A stretch of DNA of 64,000 bases from Candidatus Lustribacter sp. (GCA_965277805.1 OZ255842.1:1344001-1408000), one strand, 5' to 3'; positions 1 to 10,250 are shown, numbered from the stretch's first letter. The notes: generated from the sequence alone by a model not told the origin. Made by a program: numbers and translations.

Positions 1-1
1 C

Positions 2-2179
2 AATTCCGGCGCCTCGTACCGGCTCTACGTGCAGATGATCCACCACATCCTCGCCGGCACGCCGTACGCCGACGAAGGTCTCGGCACGGTCGACACGTTC
101 AAGAAAATCCAAGCGCCCGACCTCAAACGTTTTTATGCGCGCTGGTACCATCCCAACAACGTGATCATGGTGATCGCCGGCGACGTCGATCCGCAAACGA
201 CGATCGCCAAAGTGCGGTCGCTCTTCGGCTCGATTCCGGCGGCGCCGCTACCGCCGCGCAAGAGCGTGCACTTGCAACCGCTCACGCCGGTCACGCTGCG
301 CGACAACAGCTCGGATGACATCACGCTCGCGATGGTCGGTTACCGCGTTCCCGGCTACGACGATCCCGATTACTACGCATCCGAAATTCTCAACGACGTG
401 CTCAACAGCCCGCGCGGCGCGCTCTATGCCTTACAGGCCACGGGAAAATCGCTCGGAACGTTCGCGCAGGCGTCGACCCATCCGGGCGCCGGTATGTCGC
501 TCGTCGGTTCCGCGGTTCCGGTAACGACGCCGGGCGACACCGCGGTAGCCGACGTCAAAGCCGTGATCGACGCCTACAAACAGAGCGGCTTGCCGCCCGA
601 ACTCGTTGCCGTGGCGAAGGCGCGCGAACTCGCGCAAGCGCAATCTGCGAGCAACTCGATCAACGGTCTCGCGCAACTGTGGAGCCAAGAGCTGGCGGTC
701 GAACACCGCACGCCGGATGACGAACTCGCGGGGCTCCAAAAAGTCAGCGTCGACGACGTCAATCGCGTCCTGCGGAAGTATTACGACAACGCCACGGCCA
801 CGGTCGCGGTCGCGACGCCGAAGGCGGCGTCGGGGTCGGCATTCGGCGGCCGCGAAGGCGAGGACAACAGCGTTCCACCGACCGCGCATACCGCGCTTCC
901 GGCGTTCGCTCGCAACGTGCTCGCACAACTGCACGTTCCCCAATCCGCCGTGCATCCGACGCAGCAAACGCTGCCCAACGGCATCAACCTGATCACCGTG
1001 CAGAGTTCGATCTCGCCGACGGTCGTGCTGCGCGGTGAAATCCGCAGCAATGCCGACGTGCAGGCGCCCCCGGGCAAAGACGGCGTCGACGACATCCTCA
1101 ACGGACTCTTTCAATACGGCACGACGACCTACGATCGCATCGCGTATCAGACCGAACTCGATAAGATCGCGGCCGACGTGAGCGCCGGCAGCGCCTTCAG
1201 TCTCAACGTGCTGGCGAAGGATTTCGATCGCGGCGTGACGCTGCTCGCCGATGACGAACTGCATCCTGCGCTGCCGGCCGATGCGTTCGCGATCGTCAAA
1301 GCGCAAGCGGTCGGCCAGCTCACCGGGTCCGTGCAAAGCCCGGATTTCAAGGCCCGGCGTGCGCTGGCCAATGCGCTCTATCCGGCCGGCGATCCCGCGC
1401 GCCGCCAGGCGACGCCCGACACCGCCGGCACCGTGACGCTCGACGACGTGAAGAATTACTACGCGTCGACGTTCCGGCCCGATATCACGACGATCGTGGT
1501 CGTCGGTGACGTGACGCCGGAACACGCGCGCGCGACGGTGCAAGCGGCGTTCGGCGGCTGGACGGCCAGCGGTCCCCCGCCGGATGTCTATCCGCCGGCC
1601 ATCCCGCGCAACGCGCCCTCGCAGGCCATGATCCCGGCGACCGGACGCATTCAGTCCGACGTAACGCTGGCTCAAACGCTGCCGCTTACCTATAACGATC
1701 CGGACTATCCGGTGCTTCAGCTCGCGAACGCCGCGCTGAGCGGCGGTTTCGGCTCCCTGCTCTATCACGATGTCCGCGAAGTGCACGGCTATGCCTACTC
1801 CGTCTCCACGTCGGTTGCGGGCGGCCATAACCGCTCGACGTTCCGGGTGAACTTCGGGGCGTATCCGCAGAACGCGGACCGTGCCAAACAGCTGATCGTT
1901 ACGGATCTCGCATCACTGCAAAAGAAAGACTTGCCCGCGGACCGGCTCATCCGGGCGAAGGCGCTGCTGATCGGCGAATTGCCGGTGCGCAGCGAATCGT
2001 ACGACGGGGTGGCGAGTACGCTGCTCGCGTATGCGGTCACCGGCCGCCCGCTGGATACGGATCGGCGCTACGCGCAAACGGAACTCGCCGCATCGGCGGG
2101 CGCCGTGCGAGCCGCGATGGCCAAGTGGATTCGCCCGCAAGGCTTTGCCGTCGTCACCCAGGGACCGGCAGGCCGCTAA
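2..2179 (+). CDS. M16 (insulinase/pitrilysin) family zinc peptidase, fused two-module form; 5' end lies outside the window
   Basis: Frame open from base 2; M16_C motifs FYARWYHPNNVIMVIAGDVD and YYASTFRPDITTIVVVGDV; GGFGSLLYHDVREVHGYAYSV; the HxxEH motif is not in the window. Confidence 0.9.
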   Translation, partial: NSGASYRLYVQMIHHILAGTPYADEGLGTVDTFKKIQAPDLKRFYARWYHPNNVIMVIAGDVDPQTTIAKVRSLFGSIPAAPLPPRKSVHLQPLTPVTLRDNSSDDITLAMVGYRVPGYDDPDYYASEILNDVLNSPRGALYALQATGKSLGTFAQASTHPGAGMSLVGSAVPVTTPGDTAVADVKAVIDAYKQSGLPPELVAVAKARELAQAQSASNSINGLAQLWSQELAVEHRTPDDELAGLQKVSVDDVNRVLRKYYDNATATVAVATPKAASGSAFGGREGEDNSVPPTAHTALPAFARNVLAQLHVPQSAVHPTQQTLPNGINLITVQSSISPTVVLRGEIRSNADVQAPPGKDGVDDILNGLFQYGTTTYDRIAYQTELDKIAADVSAGSAFSLNVLAKDFDRGVTLLADDELHPALPADAFAIVKAQAVGQLTGSVQSPDFKARRALANALYPAGDPARRQATPDTAGTVTLDDVKNYYASTFRPDITTIVVVGDVTPEHARATVQAAFGGWTASGPPPDVYPPAIPRNAPSQAMIPATGRIQSDVTLAQTLPLTYNDPDYPVLQLANAALSGGFGSLLYHDVREVHGYAYSVSTSVAGGHNRSTFRVNFGAYPQNADRAKQLIVTDLASLQKKDLPADRLIRAKALLIGELPVRSESYDGVASTLLAYAVTGRPLDTDRRYAQTELAASAGAVRAAMAKWIRPQGFAVVTQGPAGR

Positions 2180-2736
2180 AGCAGCCGCGCCTCGAGGGCC
2201 GCGCGCAGCGGCGAGTCCGGTTCGTGGTAGCGCTGTGCGAACTTGGTGAGCATTTGGCCGGTGAGGCCCCACACGTGCACGTCGCCGTAGTCGAAGATCG
2301 CGGTCTGGATGGCGCGGTCCTCGACGACCTCGACGCCCGGATGTACCGCGCCCGGCGCCAGAATCGCCGCCAGCGGAACGAGGTGAGCCGCCGAGGCTTC
2401 GTTGAGGTCGACGACCAGCGGAGTGCCCGGCGCGACGACCCCGATGAAGGCCGTGACGTTGAAGATGTTCGTCCGCTGCCGGAGGGGTTCGAGCTGTCCG
2501 ACGATCGTGATCGCCGCGGGCTGGATCCCGATCTCTTCATATAGCTCGCGCGTTCCGGCGCGCGCCAGGTCGCCCTCGTCCGCGTCATCGACGGCCCCGC
2601 CGGGAAACGCGATCTGGCCCGCATGGCGGCGCAGATGGGTGGCGCGCTCGACGAAGACAACCTCGTGCGGCGGGTTTGCGAAAATCGGGATGACGACCGC
2701 GGCCAGGCGCCGCGGCGCCTCTGCGCTCTCAGTCAT
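2176..2736 (-). CDS. Nudix hydrolase, CoA pyrophosphatase subfamily
   Basis: LRRHAGQIAFPGG NuCoA motif, Nudix box ..RELYEEIG, C-terminal VWGLTG. Confidence 0.9.
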   Translation of the reverse strand: MTESAEAPRRLAAVVIPIFANPPHEVVFVERATHLRRHAGQIAFPGGAVDDADEGDLARAGTRELYEEIGIQPAAITIVGQLEPLRQRTNIFNVTAFIGVVAPGTPLVVDLNEASAAHLVPLAAILAPGAVHPGVEVVEDRAIQTAIFDYGDVHVWGLTGQMLTKFAQRYHEPDSPLRAALEARLL

Positions 2737-2760
2737 CGCTTCTAAGAGTGCGATCCGGGG

Positions 2761-2788
2761 GAAGGCGGTTCCTCATCTCCGGGGCGTA
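2761..2788 (+). promoter_or_regulatory. Candidate alternative-sigma promoter GAAGG-N18-GCGTA, 10 nt before the ATG
   Basis: Same geometry recurs at 3250, 23848, 34873 and 41027. Confidence 0.5.
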
Positions 2789-2798
2789 TACAGGCCGT

Positions 2799-3212
2799 AT
2801 GAAACTCTCCCGCGCGTTGCCCGTCATCGCCCTCAGCCTCATCGCGTCTGCGGCACTGTCCACGCACTCGCTCTCCGCCCAAAGCGGCGGCGCCTATACG
2901 TCCGATCAGGCCAAAGCCGGTGCCGCGATCTATGCCGCACAGTGCTCCATGTGTCACGGTCAAAAACTCGAAGGAGGCGCCGGCCCGCAACTCGCTGGGT
3001 CGGACTTCATCGGCAAGTGGACCGGTCAAACGGCCGACGATTTGCGCGACGTCATCGCGACCCAAATGCCGCTGACGAGTCCCGGCAGCCTCAAGCCGGA
3101 CCAAGTGCTGCAAGTGCTCTCATACATTTTGCAACAGAATGGCTACCCGGCCGGTGACAGTGCGTTGACCGCTCCCAAAACGAAGACCGTGAAGATCGTT
3201 AAGCAGGGCTGA
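2799..3212 (+). CDS. Secreted monoheme cytochrome c
   Basis: Signal peptide MKLSRALPVIALSL..., CSMCH heme motif, distal Met in TQMPL. Confidence 0.9.
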   Translation: MKLSRALPVIALSLIASAALSTHSLSAQSGGAYTSDQAKAGAAIYAAQCSMCHGQKLEGGAGPQLAGSDFIGKWTGQTADDLRDVIATQMPLTSPGSLKPDQVLQVLSYILQQNGYPAGDSALTAPKTKTVKIVKQG

Positions 3213-3249
3213 ATATAGCCCGCAAGAAGTTTTCAGCTTTAACGGAGGC

Positions 3250-3277
3250 GGAGGGTAGCCAGTGCCGCCCTCGCGAA
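3250..3277 (+). promoter_or_regulatory. Candidate alternative-sigma promoter GGAGG-N18-GCGAA, 10 nt before the ATG
   Basis: Recurrent motif; no SD at normal spacing from the start. Confidence 0.5.
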
Positions 3278-3287
3278 ATTTCCGGTC

Positions 3288-3743
3288 ATGGTAAAGCTGA
3301 CGGTTAATGGTACTGATCACGTTTTAGATGTTCCGGATGAGATGCCGCTCTTGTGGGCCGTTCGTGACGTCGTCGGGCTGACGGGCACGAAGTTCGGCTG
3401 CGGCATCGCAGCCTGCGGCGCGTGCACGATGCACGTCGACGGCGCGGCGGTGCGCACGTGCGTGCTGCCGGTGAAAAACGCCGTCGGCAAAAAGATCACG
3501 ACGATCGAAGGCCTCGCTCCGGTCGACAAACCGCATCCGGTGCAAGCCGCGTGGGTCGCGCAGAACGTGCCGCAGTGCGGTTACTGTCAGTCGGGCCAGA
3601 TCATGGCCGCGGCCGCGCTGATCGAGAAGAAGCCGCATCCGACCGATGCGGACATCGACGTTGCGATGACCAATATTTGCCGCTGCGGCTGCTACCCGCG
3701 CATCAAGTCCGCGATCAAAGCCGCCGCCGCGAGCATTGCATGA
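3288..3743 (+). CDS. (2Fe-2S)-binding small subunit of an isoquinoline/aldehyde oxidoreductase (IorA-like)
   Basis: [25 protein letters not shown] and NICRCG motifs. Confidence 0.95.
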   Translation: MVKLTVNGTDHVLDVPDEMPLLWAVRDVVGLTGTKFGCGIAACGACTMHVDGAAVRTCVLPVKNAVGKKITTIEGLAPVDKPHPVQAAWVAQNVPQCGYCQSGQIMAAAALIEKKPHPTDADIDVAMTNICRCGCYPRIKSAIKAAAASIA

Positions 3744-5872
3744 CCGCCGCTCTCGAACGCAAGGATTTTCTGCGCGTTTTCGCCGTTGCGGGCGCCGGGC
3801 TTGCGCTCGGTCTCGAGTTCACGCCGGCCGCGGGCGAAAGCGCTCCGGCGGATTTCTCGCCGGTCGTGTGGTTGAAGATGCATCCCGACGGGCGCACCAC
3901 AGTCGTCCTGAATTCCAGCGAAATGGGTCAGGGCGTCGCAACGTCGCTGCCGATGATGCTCGCAGACGAGCTCGACATCCCGATGTCGACCGTCTCGTTT
4001 GAGTTTTCGCCTGCGACGCTTCCATACTACAACCCGGTGCTCAAGGGTCTCGAAACCGACGGCAGCCGCACGACCCCAACGATGGGTCCGGTGATGCGCA
4101 AGGCTGGAGCGACGGCGCGCGCGATGCTGGTCGCGGCGGCCGCTCAACGCTGGAGCGTCGACCCGAAAACCTGCACGACCCTCAACGGCGTCGTGACCGG
4201 CCCGACCGGTCAAAAGGCAAAGTACGCCGATCTGATCGCGCTCGCAGCGACGCTGCCCGTACCGGCCGACGTGCCGCTGAAAACGTTCGATCAGTTCCGC
4301 ATCATCGGCACGCGGCGCGGGCGCCTCGATGCCGGACCGAAGTCCGACGGGCGCGCGATGTACGGCATGGACGTCAAGGTTCCGGGAATGAAGTACGCGT
4401 CGATCGAGAAGCCGCACCAGATTGGCGCCACCGTGGCGTCGTTCGACGCAACGGCCGCACTCAAAGTGCACGGCGTGCGCAAGGTCGTCCAAGTGCCGCA
4501 AGGCGTGGCGGTGATCGCCGACAACACGTGGGCTGCTTTCCAGGGCCGCAAGGCATTGAAGATCGTTTGGCAAGACGGCCCCAACGCGAAGGTCAGCACC
4601 GCGTCGATCTATGCGGCCGCCCACGACGCGGTCAAGACGCCGGGACTCACGCAAAAGAAAATCGGTGACGTCGACGCGGCGCTGGCGACCGGAAAGACGA
4701 TCCAGGCATCGTACGAGTCACCGTATCTGGCGCACGCCACGATGGAGCCGCTGAACGCGACCGCCGACGTGCGCGCCGACCGCGTGACCATCTGGACCGG
4801 CTCGCAGGCGCAGACCCAGGCTCAGAAACTCGCTTCGACCATCACCGGCATTCCGATCGAAAACATTGCCGTCAACACGGTCTTCCTGGGCGGCGGCTTC
4901 GGCCGGCGCGGCTGGTCTGACTTTGTCGGCGACGCGGTGACCGTTTCGAAGGCCGTCGGCATGCCGATCAAAGTCGTGTGGTCGCGCGAAGACGATATCA
5001 ACAACGACCGCTTCCGCGGCGGCTCGGCGCACCAACTCACGGGCACGTTGTCGCCCGACGGTAAGATCGTCGCGCTGCGCCATACGATGGCGAGCGAGTC
5101 GCACGTGCATCAAGAGCTGCCGTTCATCATGACGCCCGCCGGTTTGGACCCGCTCGCGGGCAACGGAAGTACCAACCACCCCTACCAGGTCGCGAACCAG
5201 CTCATGAGCTGGCACGAACTGCTGGCATTCAACGCGATGCCGGTCGGGTTTTGGCGTGCCCCGTACGCCAACGTCAACGTGTTCGCAACGGAGTCGTTCA
5301 TCGACGAATTGGCGCACGCGGCGGCGCAAGACCCGGTCGCGTTCCGTCTGGCGAATATGGACCCGTCAGCGCGGGCCTCAAACGTGTTGCGCCGCGCCGC
5401 GGATCTCGCGAAGTGGAGCACGGCGCCGCAGGCAGGCCGCGCGCGTGGCATTGCGGTGGCGAACGTTGCGAACGGCTGGATCGCCACGGCGGCCGAAGTC
5501 TCGCTGGTCGATAACAAGCCGAAGGTCCACCGTGTCTGGAATTCGGTCGATGTCGGGCAGCCGATCAACCTCGACGGCCTCGAACAGCAGATCTCGAGCG
5601 CGGTCATCTTCGGTCTGGGCGCTGCGCTGATCGGGAAGATCACGTTCGAGAACGGAACGCCGATGCAAACGAACTTCGACGCGTATCATATCCTGAAGAT
5701 GGCCGACACGCCGGAGATCATCACGGACATCGTTCCCAGTCATGAAAACTCGTCCGGCGCGGGCGAAACGGCCGTGCCTTGCGTCATGGCGGCGGTCACG
5801 AACGCGATCTTCGCTCTGAACGGCAAGCGCATTCGGACGCTGCCCATTAGCGACGCGCTGGCGACGGCCTAG
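3740..5872 (+). CDS. Molybdopterin-binding large subunit (IorB-like), copy 1
   Basis: ATGA overlap with the small subunit; SEMGQG, HATMEP, GGGFGRR, WRAP and GAGE motifs; Tat-like leader RKDFL. Confidence 0.92.
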   Translation: MTAALERKDFLRVFAVAGAGLALGLEFTPAAGESAPADFSPVVWLKMHPDGRTTVVLNSSEMGQGVATSLPMMLADELDIPMSTVSFEFSPATLPYYNPVLKGLETDGSRTTPTMGPVMRKAGATARAMLVAAAAQRWSVDPKTCTTLNGVVTGPTGQKAKYADLIALAATLPVPADVPLKTFDQFRIIGTRRGRLDAGPKSDGRAMYGMDVKVPGMKYASIEKPHQIGATVASFDATAALKVHGVRKVVQVPQGVAVIADNTWAAFQGRKALKIVWQDGPNAKVSTASIYAAAHDAVKTPGLTQKKIGDVDAALATGKTIQASYESPYLAHATMEPLNATADVRADRVTIWTGSQAQTQAQKLASTITGIPIENIAVNTVFLGGGFGRRGWSDFVGDAVTVSKAVGMPIKVVWSREDDINNDRFRGGSAHQLTGTLSPDGKIVALRHTMASESHVHQELPFIMTPAGLDPLAGNGSTNHPYQVANQLMSWHELLAFNAMPVGFWRAPYANVNVFATESFIDELAHAAAQDPVAFRLANMDPSARASNVLRRAADLAKWSTAPQAGRARGIAVANVANGWIATAAEVSLVDNKPKVHRVWNSVDVGQPINLDGLEQQISSAVIFGLGAALIGKITFENGTPMQTNFDAYHILKMADTPEIITDIVPSHENSSGAGETAVPCVMAAVTNAIFALNGKRIRTLPISDALATA

Positions 5873-5884
5873 ACCGGCAATCGC

Positions 5885-8008
5885 GTGACCACGGCTCTCG
5901 ATCGCAAAGACTTTCTGCGCATCTTCGCCGTGGCCGGTGCCGGGCTCGCGCTCGGCGTCGAGTTCGCGCCGGCGCAGGCCGAAGCGGCGGCGGCACCGTC
6001 GTTCGTGCCGATGGCCTGGATCGAAATGGGGAACGACGGCCTAACGACGGTCGTCATCAACCAAAGCGAACTCGGTCAAGGCATTACGACGGCGCTCTCC
6101 ATGTGCGTTGCCGACGAACTCGATGTACCGATGTCGAGCGTGCGTTTCCGCATGGCGCCGGCCGAAACGAAATACTATAACCCCGTCTCGAACGCGATGG
6201 GCACCGGCGGCAGTAAGAGCACGCCGACGATGTCGCCGGTGATGCGCAAAGCCGGTGCCACTGCGCGCGCGATGCTCGTGACCGCGGCTGCAACGAAATG
6301 GGGCGTCGATCCCGCGGCGTGCACGACGTCGAACGGCGTCGTGTCGGGGCCGGCCGGACAAAAGGCGAAGTACGTTGACCTCTTGACCGCCGCGGCATCG
6401 GTGCCGGTACCGGCTACCGTCACGCTGAAGACGGCCGATCAGTACAAGATCATCGGCACGCGTCAGCCGCGCCTCGACGTCAAGCCGAAGTCGAACGGCA
6501 CGGCCGTTTACGGCATCGACGTCAAGGTGCCGGGCATGAAGTACGCCTCGATCGAGAAGCCGCTGCAGATCGGCGGCACGGTCGCGTCGTTCGATGCAAG
6601 CGACACGCTCAAGGTCCCCGGCGTGCGTCGAGTTCTCCAAGTGCCCTCGGGCGTTGCGGTGATCGCCGACAACACGTGGGCGGCGTTCCAAGGCCGCAAG
6701 GCGCTGCGCGTGACGTATGCGCCCGGTCCGAACGCCGGGCTCACGACCGAATCGTTGTACGCGAAAGCGCGCGCGCTGGCCAAAACGCCGGGCGGCGTGC
6801 TCAAGAGCGCCGGCGACGTTACCTCGCCGCTCAGCGGAACGGTCGTGACCGCGATGTACGAGACGCAGTATCTCGCGCACGCGCCGATGGAACCGATGAA
6901 TACCACCGCCGACGTGCGCGCCGATCGCGTCACGATTTGGACGCCGACGCAGGCACAAACGAAATCCCAGGCGGTCGCTGCTGCGATCGCGGGCGTGCCG
7001 ATAACCGCGGTGACGGTCAACACCACGTTCGTCGGCGGCGGCTTTGGCCGGCGCGGCGAAACCGACTACGTTGCCGACGCCGTCGCGACGTCGAAAGCCG
7101 CCGGCATCCCGATCAAGCTGATGTGGACGCGCGAAGACGACATCCGCAACGATCCCTACCGCGGCGGCACCGTCTCATCATGCGTCGCGGCGCTGACGCC
7201 GGACGGCACGCTCTCGACGCTCAAGCAGACCGTCGTGAGCTCGTCGATCAACATTCGCACAAGTCCGGCGCTGATGAAGAACGGCGTCGACACCGCGGCC
7301 GGGAACGGCATGACCAACACGGCCTATAACGTTCCGAATCTGCTGGTCGACTGGCATCTGCTCGACGTGGCGATTCCGGTCGGTCACTGGCGCGCGCCGT
7401 ATGCCAACGCGAACACGTTCGTCACTGAATCGTTCATGGACGAACTCGCGCACACCGCCGGCAAAGACCCGGTCGCGTTCCGCTTGGCGATGATGGAGCC
7501 GGATTCGCGTGCGCGCACCGTGCTCGAACGCGCGACGAAACTGGCCAATTGGGGCGCCACGCTGCCGGTGGGACACGCGCAGGGCGTGGCCATGGGTCAG
7601 TGGGACGGCGCGTGGATCGCTATGGTCGCCGAGATCTCGTTGCCCGGCGGCAAGCTCAAAGTCCACAAGCTAACGGCGACGGTCGACGTCGGTCAGCCGA
7701 TCAACATCGACGGCCTCGAGCAGCAGATCCCGAGCGCGATGGTCTACGCGCTTTCGGCCGCGCTCGGCGGCAAGATCACGTTCGCCGACGGTGGCGCCGT
7801 GCAGAAGAACTTCAACGATTTCACCGTGCTGCACATGAACGACTCGCCGCAATTCGTGGTCGACATCGTACGCAGCACCGGCAAATCGACCGGTGCGGGT
7901 GAAATCGGCACGCCGGCCGTCGCGCCCGCGCTGGCGAACGCGATCTTCAGGCTGACCGGCAAGCGTCTGCGGACGCTGCCGCTCACCGACGCCCTAGCAA
8001 CCGCTTAG
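5885..8008 (+). CDS. Molybdopterin-binding large subunit (IorB-like), copy 2
   Basis: SELGQG, TGGS, HAPMEP, GGGFGRR, WRAP and GAGE motifs; colinear with copy 1. Confidence 0.92.
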   Translation: MTTALDRKDFLRIFAVAGAGLALGVEFAPAQAEAAAAPSFVPMAWIEMGNDGLTTVVINQSELGQGITTALSMCVADELDVPMSSVRFRMAPAETKYYNPVSNAMGTGGSKSTPTMSPVMRKAGATARAMLVTAAATKWGVDPAACTTSNGVVSGPAGQKAKYVDLLTAAASVPVPATVTLKTADQYKIIGTRQPRLDVKPKSNGTAVYGIDVKVPGMKYASIEKPLQIGGTVASFDASDTLKVPGVRRVLQVPSGVAVIADNTWAAFQGRKALRVTYAPGPNAGLTTESLYAKARALAKTPGGVLKSAGDVTSPLSGTVVTAMYETQYLAHAPMEPMNTTADVRADRVTIWTPTQAQTKSQAVAAAIAGVPITAVTVNTTFVGGGFGRRGETDYVADAVATSKAAGIPIKLMWTREDDIRNDPYRGGTVSSCVAALTPDGTLSTLKQTVVSSSINIRTSPALMKNGVDTAAGNGMTNTAYNVPNLLVDWHLLDVAIPVGHWRAPYANANTFVTESFMDELAHTAGKDPVAFRLAMMEPDSRARTVLERATKLANWGATLPVGHAQGVAMGQWDGAWIAMVAEISLPGGKLKVHKLTATVDVGQPINIDGLEQQIPSAMVYALSAALGGKITFADGGAVQKNFNDFTVLHMNDSPQFVVDIVRSTGKSTGAGEIGTPAVAPALANAIFRLTGKRLRTLPLTDALATA

Positions 8009-8946
8009 CGCAAGAAGAGTTCGCGCGCGTCGAAGGCTTTGTCGATCGCCTTCGACTTCGCCATTTCATCGATCACCGGTTGCACGAGTTTCGGATCCAG
8101 CGTGAGGCCCTGCTCGACGCGCGTCATCTTCCGCACCGTAGCCGCATCGACCGACGTGAAGGTTGCGATGAGATCGACCGTTTGGTCGTGATGGCTGTTG
8201 CAGTAGGCGGCTGCATCGCGCGTTGCTTTCGTGAACGCATCGATCGCCGGACGGTGAGCGGCCGCGTAGTCGGACGCCGCAAACCAAGCTGTGTAGAGCC
8301 AGCGCGGCGCGATCGACATCAGCGGATGCGTGAGCAGCCGCAACCGCGGATCGATCAACGCGACTTCGACGGCCGGCTCGTTCATCGAACCGGCGTCGAC
8401 GCGGCCGGTCGCGATGGCTTCGACCATTGCACTGATCGGCAACTCGACGAATTTCAACGAAGCGGGGTCGCCGCCGTTTTTCTCCATCCACGTGCGCGCT
8501 GAGATCGTGTAGATGTCGCCGATGCCGTAGACGCCGAACGTCTTGCCGTTGAGGTCGGCGCCGGTCTTGATCGGAGAATCGGTCTTCACGAACATGCCGT
8601 CGATCGGCGCCGCGCTCGTGTAGACGCCGGCCGGCGCGACGATGACGATTTTCAAGCCCTTGGCGTAGGCTTGGATGAGCGGCGTGATGCTCGACTTGCC
8701 GACCTGATACGCGCCGCCGGCGACGCCGGCGGTGATCGCGGGCCCGCTGCGTTCGGGGGTTACGGTGACCTCGAGTCCGTTGCGCTTGTAGAGCCCGCTC
8801 TGCACGGCGTAGAGCACCGGCGTGATCGAGTCTTCCGGAACGCCCGCAACGGCGAGCGGCGTGAACGTTTGTGCGCCGGCCGTTTGCGGCAGCGCCAGCG
8901 CGGCGGCGGTGGTCATGCCGAGCATGTTCCGCCGCGAGAGGGTCAC
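8005..8946 (-). CDS. ABC substrate-binding protein, SsuA/NMT1-THI5 type, Tat signal
   Basis: SRRNML leader; DSPIKTGADLNGKT, KFVELP and GRVDAG motifs. Confidence 0.85.
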   Translation of the reverse strand: MTLSRRNMLGMTTAAALALPQTAGAQTFTPLAVAGVPEDSITPVLYAVQSGLYKRNGLEVTVTPERSGPAITAGVAGGAYQVGKSSITPLIQAYAKGLKIVIVAPAGVYTSAAPIDGMFVKTDSPIKTGADLNGKTFGVYGIGDIYTISARTWMEKNGGDPASLKFVELPISAMVEAIATGRVDAGSMNEPAVEVALIDPRLRLLTHPLMSIAPRWLYTAWFAASDYAAAHRPAIDAFTKATRDAAAYCNSHHDQTVDLIATFTSVDAATVRKMTRVEQGLTLDPKLVQPVIDEMAKSKAIDKAFDARELFLR

Positions 8947-9614
8947 TATGGGGCCGGCGCCTCGGCGGCGGGTGCGTTTTGCGCGGCCTCTTCGGCGGCC
9001 GCGGCCACGGCGACGACCTCTTCGTATGCGGCTTCGGTCTCTGCTAAGAACTGTTGTGCAGCCTCGAGTGCGGCACGTGCGCGGTTCACGGCTTCTTGGG
9101 CGGTGGCGACGCTGGCCGACCGCAGTGCGACCTGCAGCGTGCGCATCGCTTTGGCGGCCGCTTCGCGCAGCTCGTCGACGGTCTTGCCGTTGGCCGGATA
9201 TTGCGCGATGCCGCAGCTCGGGGCCAGCACTTCCTCGTTCTTGCCGGCGCGCATCGGCTCGGCGATGCTGGTGCGCAGTTTCGAAGCCAGCGCCAGCGTC
9301 TCGAACTTGCTCGAGAGGCCGCGGAAGACGACCATGAACTCATCGCGGTCGACGCGCCCGACGATGTCTTGCGGCCGCAGGCATTCGGCGATGCGATTGG
9401 CGGCTTCGCGCAGCAGATGGTCGGTCACAACGCTGCCGTACGCTTCCTTGAGCAGTGCGAAGCCATCAAAGCCGATGTAGCCGAAGGCAATCAGCTCGCC
9501 GTCGGCAGCGGCTGCGACGGCCTCTGCGGCCGCAGCGTCGAGGGCTTCGCGCGTGAGCACGCCGGTCAGGCGGTCGATATCCGGATTGGCGGGGGTGGGC
9601 GCTTTGTCGGCCAT
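8946..9614 (-). CDS. Degenerate GGDEF-domain protein with Ala/Glu-rich helical tail
   Basis: DRLTG start of domain, RPQDIVGRVDRDEF, SCGIAQYP; start placed at MADKA. Confidence 0.8.
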   Translation of the reverse strand: MADKAPTPANPDIDRLTGVLTREALDAAAAEAVAAAADGELIAFGYIGFDGFALLKEAYGSVVTDHLLREAANRIAECLRPQDIVGRVDRDEFMVVFRGLSSKFETLALASKLRTSIAEPMRAGKNEEVLAPSCGIAQYPANGKTVDELREAAAKAMRTLQVALRSASVATAQEAVNRARAALEAAQQFLAETEAAYEEVVAVAAAAEEAAQNAPAAEAPAP

Positions 9615-9654
9615 ATGGGTACGGTGGTTCCCTTTCGGTGGGTCGCGCTCCGTT

Positions 9655-9695
9655 AAAAGGCAACGCGCGCGGGCCGCAAGGGCACGCGCGCGTTG
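9655..9695 (-). terminator. Intrinsic terminator after the zinc-ribbon gene
   Basis: 11-bp inverted repeat caacgcgcgcg (9661-9671) / cgcgcgcgttg (9685-9695), followed by CCTTTT on the minus strand. Confidence 0.7.
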
Positions 9696-9718
9696 GTTGG
9701 CTTTAGGCCGAGGGGAGG

Positions 9719-10081
9719 TTAGCGGTACGAACCGCCGCCGCCGCCGCCGCCACCGCGCGACTGGAAGCAGTCGCGGCAGTAAACCGGCTTGTCGCCGCGC
9801 GGTTGGAACGGCACGGAGGCCTTGCCGCCGCACTGGCTGCACTTCACTTCGAACATCTCGCGGGGGGCGCGATCGCCACCGTAGCTGCCGCCGCCGCCGC
9901 CCGAGCTGTAGCTCGAACCGCCGCCGCCGGCTCCACGTTGAGCTTTACGCGCCGCGCGGCAATCCACGCAACGGTTCGGCTTATTGGTGAAGCCCTTCGA
10001 GGCGAAAAACTCTTGTTCGCCGGTGCTGAACGTGAAGGGTGCGCTGCAATCAACGCAATTGAGGGTTTCATCGGTATACAT
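9719..10081 (-). CDS. Zinc-ribbon protein with CxxC-x17-CxxC domain and Gly-rich linker/tail
   Basis: CVDC..FTFSTGEQEFFASKG..RCVDCR; CSQC..VPFQPRGDKPVYCRDC. Confidence 0.9.
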   Translation of the reverse strand: MYTDETLNCVDCSAPFTFSTGEQEFFASKGFTNKPNRCVDCRAARKAQRGAGGGGSSYSSGGGGGSYGGDRAPREMFEVKCSQCGGKASVPFQPRGDKPVYCRDCFQSRGGGGGGGGSYR

Positions 10082-10218
10082 GTATTCGGGTCTTCAATCT
10101 TAGGAAGAAAGCGCTAGAGGATCAACTCGTCATTCCTGGGTTTGAAGACTGCTCAACAAGACCATGTAGACTCTGTTTGATACCAACCAACCGGCGCTGC
10201 GGTCGAATCGGCCCCGTC

Positions 10219-10229
10219 AACATAGCACA
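10219..10229 (-). promoter_or_regulatory. Candidate extended -10 promoter (TGTGcTATGTT) for the zinc-ribbon gene
   Basis: TGn + TATGTT about 140 nt upstream of the ATG in an AT-richer intergenic region. Confidence 0.45.
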
Positions 10230-10250
10230 TAAGTCGGAATCCGTATCGTT

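Noticed and set aside
9730-9930. (GCC)n runs as a tandem repeat or contingency locus
   Set aside because: In-frame poly-Gly codons of the zinc-ribbon protein
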